From Gammaproteobacteria bacterium CG11_big_fil_rev_8_21_14_0_20_46_22 (lineage in GTDB: Bacteria > Pseudomonadota > Gammaproteobacteria > UBA12402), in assembly GCA_002796245.1 (NCBI GenBank), contig PCWT01000064.1, positions 19,822 through 83,821 on the forward strand: DNA of 64,000 nucleotides, written 5' to 3'. Positions 26,835 through 35,118 of this stretch are shown piece after piece. The first letter of the stretch is position 1, and the number at the start of each line of letters is the position of its first letter. The notes beneath the pieces are model-generated. The model saw only the letters and a program-made list of their open reading frames with translations, did not search any database and was not told the DNA's origin. Both the position numbers and the translations under genes were made by a program.

Positions 26835-26855
26835 GAGTTTAGGGATGCGCTCTAG
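26835..26855. repeat. Solo MITE terminal-repeat remnant overlapping the lptB stop codon
   Basis: GAGTTTAGGGATGCGCTCTAGATC resembles the right end of the 57815-57980 element (GAGACTTTAGGGACGCAGCCTAGATC). It shares TTTAGGGA and CTAGATC at the same spacing. Confidence 0.45.
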
Positions 26856-27580
26856 ATCGCAAACTGATCGCCCAAGTACACATCGCGCACTTGCTGATTG
26901 CTGAGGATGGTGTTGGTGTCGCCTTCGCAGAGAATTTTACCTTCGGACATAATATAGGCATGATCACAGATATCTAAGGTTTCACGCACATTGTGGTCAG
27001 TAATCAATACACCAATATTTCGCACTTCACACAGGTGGCGAACGATTTGTTTGATGTCGATGACTGAGATGGGATCAACGCCGGCGAAGGGTTCGTCCAG
27101 GCAAATAAATTTAGGATCGCGAGCCAGTGCGCGGGCGATTTCGACACGGCGGCGCTCACCGCCTGAGAGTGTCATGCCGATGTTGTTACGAATATGCGTG
27201 ATGTGAAATTCTTTGAGTAAGTCTTCAAGCTTTTCTTGGCGTTGCTCGAGTGAGAGTTCTTTACGAAGCTCCAAAATGGCCATGATGTTATCGTGTACCG
27301 ATAGTTTTCTGAAAATAGAGGCTTCTTGCGGCAGGTAGCCCAGGCCTTTGAGTGCGCGTTTGTGAATGGGTAGCTTGGTGATGTTTTCACCGTCGAGTAT
27401 GACATGGCCCTGGTCAGCTCCGACTAGACCCACGATCACATAAAATGCGGTGGTTTTGCCAGCACCATTCGGGCCTAAAAGGCTCACAATTTGGCCGCTT
27501 TTGACGTTGAGCGATACCTCGTTGACCACCGTGCGGGCGGCGTAAGATTTGTTGATGCTATTAACGACTAATTCACTCAT
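26852..27580 (-). CDS. lptB: LPS export ABC transporter ATP-binding protein LptB
   Basis: Walker A is GPNGAGKTT, the signature is [15 protein letters not shown], and Walker B is [13 protein letters not shown]. About 240 aa, in the expected locus. Confidence 0.93.
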   Translation of the reverse strand: MSELVVNSINKSYAARTVVNEVSLNVKSGQIVSLLGPNGAGKTTAFYVIVGLVGADQGHVILDGENITKLPIHKRALKGLGYLPQEASIFRKLSVHDNIMAILELRKELSLEQRQEKLEDLLKEFHITHIRNNIGMTLSGGERRRVEIARALARDPKFICLDEPFAGVDPISVIDIKQIVRHLCEVRNIGVLITDHNVRETLDICDHAYIMSEGKILCEGDTNTILSNQQVRDVYLGDQFAI

Positions 27581-27698
27581 AGCCGGACATTCTAAAGGAG
27601 GAATTGAAATTTGGCGATGCTTTTCTGTTTGGGGGCTGAGTTTTTAGCGCTTTTGAGCTATGCTTGCGCCCAGGTCTTTGGAGGCGATTGAGAACGCT

Positions 27699-29552
27699 AT
27701 GCTGTTAAAACTTGTGAACATGAGCTTGCGCTATGCCGATCGAATTTTGCTCGATGGCGTGAATCTGCAAATCGAAAAAGGCGATCGTTTGTGCTTATTG
27801 GGCCGTAATGGTTCGGGTAAATCCAGTTTGTTGAAAATCATTACCGGCGAGGTTCAGCCGGATGCCGGCAATATCGAAGTAAGGCAAAATATTCGGATTG
27901 CAGCCCTAGCCCAAGATGTGCCGCGCGCACAAGACGCGAGCGTGTTTGAGGTGGTCTTGCAGGGGTTTGCTGAGGCTGCGCCCCTATTAACTGCGTATGA
28001 AAAATTAAGCCGAAACTTGCAGCCTGAGCGCATCGGCGAGTTTGAAAAACTGCAGCAAGCCATCGAGGCGAATGATTGGTGGCAGCTTCAGAACAAGGTT
28101 CAAACGGTGCTTTCACGTTTGGGTCTTGATGGCGAGGTGAATTTTTCAGGTTTATCGGGTGGCTGGAAGCGCCGCGTGTTGCTGGCGCAAGCCTTGGTCA
28201 CCGAGCCGGATATTCTTTTGCTCGATGAGCCTACCAATCACTTGGATGTGGCGGCGATTGAATGGCTAGAGAGTTTCTTGCAACAATATCAAGGCGCGGT
28301 GTTATTCATTTCGCACGATAGGCGTTTTTTGGAAAAAGTGGCTAATCGCATTGTCGAATTGGATCGCGGGCATTTGCACGCTTACCCCGGCAGTTACCCA
28401 GCTTTTTTAGCACACAAAGAAGAGTTTCTGGCGGCGCAAGAATCTGAGAATGCTAGGTTTGATAAAAAATTAGCGGAAGAAGAAGTGTGGATTCGCCAGG
28501 GTATTAAAGCCAGAAGAACGCGCAATGAAGGGCGTGTGCGCGCCTTGAAAGCGATGCGTGAAGAGCGCACGTTGCGTCGTGAGCGACAAAAAACGGCAGC
28601 ACTTGCGATTGATGCGGGCGATAAGTCGGGCAAACTTGTGATCGAAGCTGAGCATGTCAGCGTAAGCTACGATGAGGTGAAACCTATTGATAACTTTAGT
28701 TGCAGAATCATGCGTGGCGATAAGATTGCCATCATCGGCCCTAATGGTTGTGGTAAAACGACACTCTTGAAAATTTTACTCAAAGAGCTTGAAGCAGATG
28801 CGGGCACTGTGCGCCACGGCACACAGCTTGAGATTGCGTACTTCGATCAGCTGCGCGATCAACTTAATTTAGATGAAACCGTGCTGGATAATGTTGCCGG
28901 CGGTAGGTTGTTTATTGAAGTGAATGGCAAAAATCAACATGCCATTAGTTACTTGCAGGACTTTTTATTTCCCGCTTCGCGCGCCATGCAGCTCGCGAGA
29001 GTTTTGTCGGGCGGTGAGCGCAATCGCTTATTGTTGGCAAAGCTCTTCACAAAACCTGCGAATGTTTTGGTGTTCGATGAGCCCACTAACGATTTGGACA
29101 TTGAAACCCTGGAGTTGCTGGAATCATTGCTGGTGGATTATAAAGGCACCGTGTTGTTAGTGTGTCACGATCGCGCTTTTGTCGATAATGTGGCGAGCAC
29201 GGCGTTTGTGTTTGAAGGCCATGGCAAAGTGCAAGAATACATTGGTGGGTATACAGAATCGAAGCAGCAGCGTGCGGTTGAGGCAAAAAAGATTGCAGAG
29301 CCCAAGTCTGTTGAGAAAAAGCCAGTCCAAGCTAAAACGAAACTGAGCTATAACGAGCAGCGTGAGCTTGAGCAATTGCCTGCTGACATTGAGAGGCTCG
29401 AAAATGATATTGCTTCGCGTCACGAAGCCATGGCGCAAGCTGATTTTTATCAGCAGCCTGCAGATACACTCGTTAAAGCCAGCGACGAGCTGAAAGCACT
29501 GGAAACACGTTTGGCTGAAAAGTACCGGCGTTGGGAAGCCTTGGATCAATAG
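27699..29552 (+). CDS. uup: ABC-F family ATPase (Uup-like)
   Basis: Two ABC cassettes (GRNGSGKSS and GPNGCGKTT, with LSGGWKRR and LSGGERNR), an interdomain linker and a C-terminal coiled coil. The start could be 27660, 27699 or 27720. Confidence 0.85.
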   Translation: MLLKLVNMSLRYADRILLDGVNLQIEKGDRLCLLGRNGSGKSSLLKIITGEVQPDAGNIEVRQNIRIAALAQDVPRAQDASVFEVVLQGFAEAAPLLTAYEKLSRNLQPERIGEFEKLQQAIEANDWWQLQNKVQTVLSRLGLDGEVNFSGLSGGWKRRVLLAQALVTEPDILLLDEPTNHLDVAAIEWLESFLQQYQGAVLFISHDRRFLEKVANRIVELDRGHLHAYPGSYPAFLAHKEEFLAAQESENARFDKKLAEEEVWIRQGIKARRTRNEGRVRALKAMREERTLRRERQKTAALAIDAGDKSGKLVIEAEHVSVSYDEVKPIDNFSCRIMRGDKIAIIGPNGCGKTTLLKILLKELEADAGTVRHGTQLEIAYFDQLRDQLNLDETVLDNVAGGRLFIEVNGKNQHAISYLQDFLFPASRAMQLARVLSGGERNRLLLAKLFTKPANVLVFDEPTNDLDIETLELLESLLVDYKGTVLLVCHDRAFVDNVASTAFVFEGHGKVQEYIGGYTESKQQRAVEAKKIAEPKSVEKKPVQAKTKLSYNEQRELEQLPADIERLENDIASRHEAMAQADFYQQPADTLVKASDELKALETRLAEKYRRWEALDQ

Positions 29553-29731
29553 GCAACGTCCCTAAAGTCGTCGCCGGTTTTCAGGGCCGCATGCATAAAG
29601 GATTTGGCCCCACTTTGGCGAGCAGTCAGCACAAGAGCATAGCCGAGACTACAGGCTCGGCGAAGCGGGTGAGCGAGACAAGGCGGGGGCAAATCCAAAA
29701 GCATGCGGTGCAAACGCGGCGGGTATTTAGT
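29550..29731. repeat. MITE-family copy filling the convergent uup / lptC gap, with a degenerate right end
   Basis: The left end TAGGCAACGTCCCTAAAGTCGTCGCC is nearly identical to 57815-57840. There is a long internal inverted repeat (29584-29610 with 29686-29712). The uup TAG stop is made of the first bases of the element. Confidence 0.6.
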
Positions 29732-30338
29732 CCATCACGTGCTTGGGCGAGTTTTTACTGCTGACATGATATTTAGCATGTGCTTGAGACAAGAAATCCA
29801 CTTTGTCTGTTTTAAGGTTTGCAATCATGCCCACGGCGTGGATCACAGAGCCTTGTTGATACACGACGACAGGGGCTTGTGTTTTTGCGAGTTGCGTGTC
29901 CGGGTAGTAGTTCAGTGTGGATGTTTGTATCTCGGTTTCTTTGCTGCCGGGGCCAGGCAGTTGTTTGATCACGACATTATCTTGCAGATGCAGGTAAGTG
30001 GCTTGCGGGTTTTTTTTGTTTTCATAGTAGTCGCCGAAATTGGCTGTGATGCGCCAAGGCACATGTTGTTTGTCGTAAGAGAAAAAAACCGGTGAGGTTA
30101 AATGTAGCTTGTCTTCTTTTGCATAATGATCAACGGTGGGTGAATTCACTTTGCTTTTGAGCTGGCCATCTGTATTGGTTGAAAAGCCATGCGTTTGAGT
30201 CATATACCAATCGGGCGGCTGTTTTTTATTGGCTTCGTTTTTTAGCTTGGATGAGCCGCTGGTGGTCAGTAGATCGCGTGCGGCGATGAGTGTGAGCAGG
30301 GCGAGTGCAATGACTAATGTGATACGGCGCCAGCTCAT
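29727..30338 (-). CDS. lptC: LPS export system protein LptC
   Basis: An N-terminal TM anchor, about 200 aa, immediately downstream of kdsC with a 4-nt overlap. The beta-jellyroll-like layout is comparable to E. coli LptC. Confidence 0.8.
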   Translation of the reverse strand: MSWRRITLVIALALLTLIAARDLLTTSGSSKLKNEANKKQPPDWYMTQTHGFSTNTDGQLKSKVNSPTVDHYAKEDKLHLTSPVFFSYDKQHVPWRITANFGDYYENKKNPQATYLHLQDNVVIKQLPGPGSKETEIQTSTLNYYPDTQLAKTQAPVVVYQQGSVIHAVGMIANLKTDKVDFLSQAHAKYHVSSKNSPKHVMD

Positions 30339-30880
30339 ACGATGTAGCCTCGTGTGGCTAAGTACTGTTGGATGACGGTGTCGTAGTTGTTTTGTGCGTG
30401 CAAAATCATTTCACAAGCTTCTCTGACAGCACCGTGGCCACCCGCGTTTTGAGTGATCCATTGTGCATGTTGCTTGGCAAGCTCACAAGCGTTCGGCACG
30501 GTAATGGCAAGTCCTGACAGTTGTAAGCAGGGGATGTCGGTTAAATCATCACCCATGTAGGCGCACTCATTGGCTGAAAGATTTAAGGTGTTTTGTAAGG
30601 ATTCAAACACCGGTTTTTTGATGTCTTGTCCCATGAACACGTGTTTAATGCCAAGCTCTTGTGCGCGCTTTTCCACCATGGCTGAGCGACGCGCGGTGAT
30701 GAGCGCGACGCTCACACCAGTCTGCATCAGCAGTCGAACACCCATGCCATCGTGCGTATGAAAGCGTTTAAGAGTTTCTCCAGACTCGCCGTAGAGTAAG
30801 CTGCCATCTGTAAGGATGCCATCAACGTCTAACACCAGTAGCTTTATGTTTTTTGCAAGGGTTAAGTCGTTATGGCTCAT
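30335..30880 (-). CDS. kdsC: 3-deoxy-D-manno-octulosonate 8-phosphate phosphatase
   Basis: The HAD motifs are LLVLDVDGILTDG, FHTHDGMGVRLL and YMGDDLTD. Confidence 0.93.
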   Translation of the reverse strand: MSHNDLTLAKNIKLLVLDVDGILTDGSLLYGESGETLKRFHTHDGMGVRLLMQTGVSVALITARRSAMVEKRAQELGIKHVFMGQDIKKPVFESLQNTLNLSANECAYMGDDLTDIPCLQLSGLAITVPNACELAKQHAQWITQNAGGHGAVREACEMILHAQNNYDTVIQQYLATRGYIV

Positions 30881-31843
30881 TTACACTACTCCTGCGTGAA
30901 AAAGGTCGTGAATGTTCAGCGCACCTACGATGCGATTTTTTTCATCGCAGACGACAAGCCCTGTGATTTTGTGAGATTCCATCAGTTGAGCGGCTTGTGC
31001 AGCTAGCATGCCGCTTTTGGCAACCACGCCACCTTGTGTCATCGCTTCTTGGATGGGGGTGGTTTTTACGTTAATGTCTTTGTCGAGCGCGCGTCGTAAG
31101 TCACCATCGGTGAAAACGCCCAACAGTTGTTTATTTTCGTCAACCACCGCCGTAAAGCCAAGTTTCTTGCTGCTGACTTCTAAAATGGCATCGATCACTT
31201 TGGCTGAGGGTGAAACGCAAGGGATGGTTGGTCCGGTGTGCATGATATCGTCAACGCGCAACAGTAGTCGTTTGCCTAAGTTGCCACCAGGGTGTGAGCG
31301 TGCGAAATCTTCTTTGGTGAAGCCGCGAGCGTTGAGCAAGGCAATGGCCAGCGCATCGCCCCACATGAGCGCGACCGTGGTGCTTGATGTGGGTGCAAGG
31401 TTGTGAGGACAGGCTTCTTTGTCGACATGGCCGTCAAGATGCACATTGGCATGTTTTGCAATACTCGAGTGCGCGTCGCCTGTGATGGCAATCATGGGAA
31501 TGTTAAATCGTTTAATTAAGGGTAATAGCGTGATGACTTCAGGCGTGTTACCTGAGTAGGAAAAAACCAGCACCACGTCTTGTACGGTGATCATGCCAAG
31601 ATCTCCGTGGCTGGCCTCACCGGGGTGCACAAAAAAAGCCGGTGTGCCGGTGCTGGCCAATGTGGCAGCCACTTTGTTGCCAATATGACCTGACTTGCCC
31701 ATGCCTAGTACAATGACACGCCCTTTGCATGCCAGCATAAGTTCGCAGGCGCGGTCAAACGCGCTGTCTAAGCGTTCAGGCAGGCTGTTGGCGGCCTCGA
31801 GCTCTGTTTTGATGGCTTGTAAACCAAACTCACGAAATGTCAT
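30881..31843 (-). CDS. kdsD: Arabinose-5-phosphate isomerase (SIS domain plus tandem CBS)
   Basis: Contains GRVIVLGMGKSGHIGNKVAATLASTGTPAFFVHPGEASHGDLG followed by a CBS pair. I prefer the start at 31843. Confidence 0.93.
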   Translation of the reverse strand: MTFREFGLQAIKTELEAANSLPERLDSAFDRACELMLACKGRVIVLGMGKSGHIGNKVAATLASTGTPAFFVHPGEASHGDLGMITVQDVVLVFSYSGNTPEVITLLPLIKRFNIPMIAITGDAHSSIAKHANVHLDGHVDKEACPHNLAPTSSTTVALMWGDALAIALLNARGFTKEDFARSHPGGNLGKRLLLRVDDIMHTGPTIPCVSPSAKVIDAILEVSSKKLGFTAVVDENKQLLGVFTDGDLRRALDKDINVKTTPIQEAMTQGGVVAKSGMLAAQAAQLMESHKITGLVVCDEKNRIVGALNIHDLFHAGVV

Positions 31844-31952
31844 GGGGTGTCCTGATTCTTTTGTGGAAAAAAGGTGTCTTTTTTCAATCATGAACGCTAA
31901 TATACCAACTTTGGTTTGGTTTATTAAGTCAATTCTTTAGGGAACGTTTTTT

Positions 31953-32762
31953 GTGACAGACGGGGGTAATATCATTGAGGTCAAGGACTTGACCTTTAGG
32001 CGTGGGCGGCGAAAGATTTTCAACCGTATTTCCATGGTGATTCCTCGCGGGAAAATTATTGCTGTTATGGGCCCAAGTGGTACTGGTAAAACGACCTTAT
32101 TGAAGCTTATCGGTGGACAATTGGCTCCTGAGCACGGTCATATTCTATTCAATGGTAAAAATGTCCACGAGCAATCGCGCCACGATTTGTTCGAGCTTCG
32201 CAAAAGCATGGGCATGTTGTTTCAAAGCGGCGCCTTGTTCACCAATTTAAGCGTGTATGATAATGTGGCTTTCCCTTTGCGCGAGCATACGAACTTATCC
32301 GAAGCCCTAATTCGCACGTTGGTACTCATGAAATTACAAACGGTGGGTTTGCGCAATGCGCGATTTTTTATGCCGAATGAATTATCAGGTGGTATGGCCC
32401 GGCGTGTGGCATTTGCGCGCGCGATTGCGCTCGATCCTGAGGTGATCATGTACGATGAGCCTTTAACAGGGCTGGACCCGATCTCGATGGCCATGCTGTT
32501 ACGCTTGATGAAAAAAATTAATGAGACCTTGGGTTTGACTAGTATTATCGTTTCACATGATGTTAAAGAGGTCGCAGGTATTGCTGACTATATTTACGTC
32601 TTGTCTGAGGGTAAAGTCATTGGCGAAGGTGATGGCCAGACGATGTTGAAAAGCAACAACCCTGAGGTGAAACAATTTATGCACGGCTTGCCCGATGGCC
32701 CGGTGCCGTTTCATTACCCAGGCTGTGAGTATTTGCGTGACTTGATGGGGGATGAAATATGA
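31953..32762 (+). CDS. mlaF: Phospholipid ABC transporter ATP-binding protein MlaF
   Basis: GTG start. Contains [23 protein letters not shown] and IMYDEP. It is the first gene of a canonical five-gene mla operon. Confidence 0.93.
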   Translation: MTDGGNIIEVKDLTFRRGRRKIFNRISMVIPRGKIIAVMGPSGTGKTTLLKLIGGQLAPEHGHILFNGKNVHEQSRHDLFELRKSMGMLFQSGALFTNLSVYDNVAFPLREHTNLSEALIRTLVLMKLQTVGLRNARFFMPNELSGGMARRVAFARAIALDPEVIMYDEPLTGLDPISMAMLLRLMKKINETLGLTSIIVSHDVKEVAGIADYIYVLSEGKVIGEGDGQTMLKSNNPEVKQFMHGLPDGPVPFHYPGCEYLRDLMGDEI

Positions 32763-33538
32763 CCTTTGTCGAGAGTTTGGGCCGCATGGCAATTTATTTT
32801 TGCTGGCGTGTCGGTGTAGCAGGGCTTATTCTTTTTCGTTCGATTATTCGAAAGCCTGACTTTAAACATGGTTTTGTTGAGTTAGTCGGCCAGCTGTATT
32901 CCGTGGGTGTGTTATCGCTTGTGATTATTGTGGTCTCGGGTTTGTTTATTGGGATGGTGGTTGGCCTTCAAGGCTATAATACGCTCGATAAATTTGGCGC
33001 CACACAAGCGCTGGGCCAGCTTTTGGCTTTAAGCGTGGTGCGCGAGTTAGGTCCTGTGGTTACAGGTTTGCTGTTTGCTGGTCGTGCAGGCTCTGCGCTT
33101 ACTGCGGAAATTGGTTTGATGAAGGCGACAGAGCAATTGTCCGGCATGGAAATGATGGCTGTTGACCCTTTGCATCGCGTCATCGCGCCGCGTTTTTGGG
33201 CCGGCTTTATTAGTATGCCCTTGTTGGCGATTATTTTTTCGGCCGTGGCTATTTATGGCGGTTATTTGGTCGGTGTAAAGTGGTTGGGTTTGGATGCCGG
33301 CTCGTTTTGGTCGAACATGCGAGGCTCAGTGGCATTTGGCGCCGACCTGATGAATGGGGTCGTCAAAAGCATTGTGTTTGGTTTTGTGGTCGTTTGGATC
33401 GCCGTGTTTCAAGGGTATGAGTGTGTGCCCACTTCAGAAGGCATTGGCCGTGCCACAACACGCACGGTGGTGTTTTCATCACTCGCTATTTTAGGCTTAG
33501 ATTTTATATTAACCGCAATGATGCTCGGGGGCTGGTAG
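32759..33538 (+). CDS. mlaE: Phospholipid ABC transporter permease MlaE
   Basis: 259 aa, with [35 protein letters not shown]. It overlaps mlaF by 4 nt. Confidence 0.93.
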   Translation: MTFVESLGRMAIYFCWRVGVAGLILFRSIIRKPDFKHGFVELVGQLYSVGVLSLVIIVVSGLFIGMVVGLQGYNTLDKFGATQALGQLLALSVVRELGPVVTGLLFAGRAGSALTAEIGLMKATEQLSGMEMMAVDPLHRVIAPRFWAGFISMPLLAIIFSAVAIYGGYLVGVKWLGLDAGSFWSNMRGSVAFGADLMNGVVKSIVFGFVVVWIAVFQGYECVPTSEGIGRATTRTVVFSSLAILGLDFILTAMMLGGW

Positions 33539-33539
33539 C

Positions 33540-34058
33540 ATGCAAAAGCAACGTGTGACTGAAATGGTCGTGGGAATATTTATTATTATCGCGATTTTGT
33601 GTTTTATTTTTTTGGCGTTTAAGGTCAGCGGCTTGACGTCTTTTTCGCATGCCAATACCTACAGGGTGAAAGCTGAGTTTCAAAACATTGGTGATTTGAA
33701 AGTGCGTGCGCCAGTGACCATCGCAGGTGTGGCCATTGGCCAGGTTTCGCACATTGATTTAGACCCGGAAACCTATCAAGCGGTCGTGACAATGAAAATT
33801 GCTCAGAGAGATCAAATTCCTGTGGATTCGACAGCGAATATTTTCACGGCAGGTTTGATTGGTTCTAACTATGTGAGTATTACGCCAGGCTTTAGTCCGG
33901 TGTTTGTTAAGAACGGCGGCAATATCTTGCGCACGAACCAAGCAATGATTTTACAAGACGTGATTGGTCAGCTACTGTTTAGTTTAAAGGGCGGTGATGA
34001 TAAAGCCGATGATAAAGCGAAAGCATCGACATCAACAGTGAAGGATGGGGTAAAATGA
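33540..34058 (+). CDS. mlaD: MCE-domain protein MlaD
   Basis: A TM anchor plus LKVRAPVTIAGVAIGQV. Confidence 0.9.
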   Translation: MQKQRVTEMVVGIFIIIAILCFIFLAFKVSGLTSFSHANTYRVKAEFQNIGDLKVRAPVTIAGVAIGQVSHIDLDPETYQAVVTMKIAQRDQIPVDSTANIFTAGLIGSNYVSITPGFSPVFVKNGGNILRTNQAMILQDVIGQLLFSLKGGDDKADDKAKASTSTVKDGVK

Positions 34059-34681
34059 GACGTTTGAAAAAAATTATTTGCACAGTGTTGTGTGGCTTAA
34101 GTGTCTTAGGATTTTCGGCCACGCCTAATCCGACCACTATGTTAAACACTATGACTCAGCAATTGTTGTCATCGTTAAAGCAAAATCGCGCCAAACTCAA
34201 AAGCCATCCGACCTTTGTTTACAGCTTGGTCGATAAGATTTTATTGCCGCATGTCGATAAAGTCACAATGGCGCAATCAGTGCTGGGTCGACAAGGTTGG
34301 ATGCGGGCTACGCCGGCTGAGCGCAAAGCCTTTACGGATGAATTTACCAACACAGTCATTCGCACGTATGCATCAGCACTCAATGCGTATACCGATGAAA
34401 CGGTGAAGTATTTTCCGATTCGCGGTGGTTATGAAGGCAAGCAATTTGTGCAGGTCAACAGCCAAATTGTGCGCCCGGATGGTCCGCCAGTGCCAATCAT
34501 CTACAGCATGATTTTAAAGGGTGAGGCTTGGAAAGTGTTTGATATGAATGTGGAAGGCATCAGTCTTTTGCAAAGCTTCCGTTCGCAATTTTCCGCACAA
34601 CTGTCACAAGGCATGAGTGTGGCGAGTATTATTTCAAACTTGAAAGCACACAATCAAAAAATTGGCGTGAAGAAATCATAA
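34055..34681 (+). CDS. mlaC: Periplasmic phospholipid-binding protein MlaC (Ttg2D family)
   Basis: It has a signal peptide, is about 200 aa, and shows the pattern LLPHVDKVTMAQSVLGRQGW. Its position follows mlaD. Confidence 0.85.
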   Translation: MRRLKKIICTVLCGLSVLGFSATPNPTTMLNTMTQQLLSSLKQNRAKLKSHPTFVYSLVDKILLPHVDKVTMAQSVLGRQGWMRATPAERKAFTDEFTNTVIRTYASALNAYTDETVKYFPIRGGYEGKQFVQVNSQIVRPDGPPVPIIYSMILKGEAWKVFDMNVEGISLLQSFRSQFSAQLSQGMSVASIISNLKAHNQKIGVKKS

Positions 34682-34684
34682 TCT

Positions 34685-34981
34685 ATGGCTGAGTTAAGCT
34701 TTGACAACAACACGCTGTCGCTCAAAGGCGATATCACTTTTCAAACGGCCACCGCGTGTTATGAATCGGGCCTTGCCCATTTTCAAAAAGGCCGGGCCTT
34801 AGTCGTGGATTTCTCTGGGATCGAAAAAGTCGACAGCTCTGCTTTGGCTGTTTTGCTCGCCTGGCTTAAAGAGGCTAAAATCCGCGAGGTCGCGCTCAGT
34901 TATCGCGCGCTACCCGCCTCGCTTAAACAACTTGCCGCCTTGTGCGAGTTAACCATGGTGTTTAATACGCTCTATACCTAA
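34685..34981 (+). CDS. mlaB: STAS-domain protein MlaB
   Basis: 98 aa with a STAS layout (VVDFSGIEKVDSSALAVLLAWL). It is the last gene of the mla operon. Confidence 0.85.
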   Translation: MAELSFDNNTLSLKGDITFQTATACYESGLAHFQKGRALVVDFSGIEKVDSSALAVLLAWLKEAKIREVALSYRALPASLKQLAALCELTMVFNTLYT

Positions 34982-35060
34982 ATATCTAACGCGCCGAAAG
35001 ACCTCCTCATTATGCAACAACGCCCCTTTGTGCGTGTCCTGCGCCGAAAAATGCCCCCGT

Positions 35061-35091
35061 TAAGAAAAGCATAAGAAAAGTATGGCATACT
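35061..35091 (+). promoter_or_regulatory. Tandem direct repeat (11-nt period) abutting a -10-like box upstream of the first island gene
   Basis: TAAGAAAAG (35061-35069), then CA, then TAAGAAAAG (35072-35080), then TATGG CATACT (hexamer at 35086-35091). The ATG at 35119 has an AAGAGGA SD. Confidence 0.3.
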
Positions 35092-35118
35092 GATTTCAAA
35101 CGCCAAGAGGATAATAAT

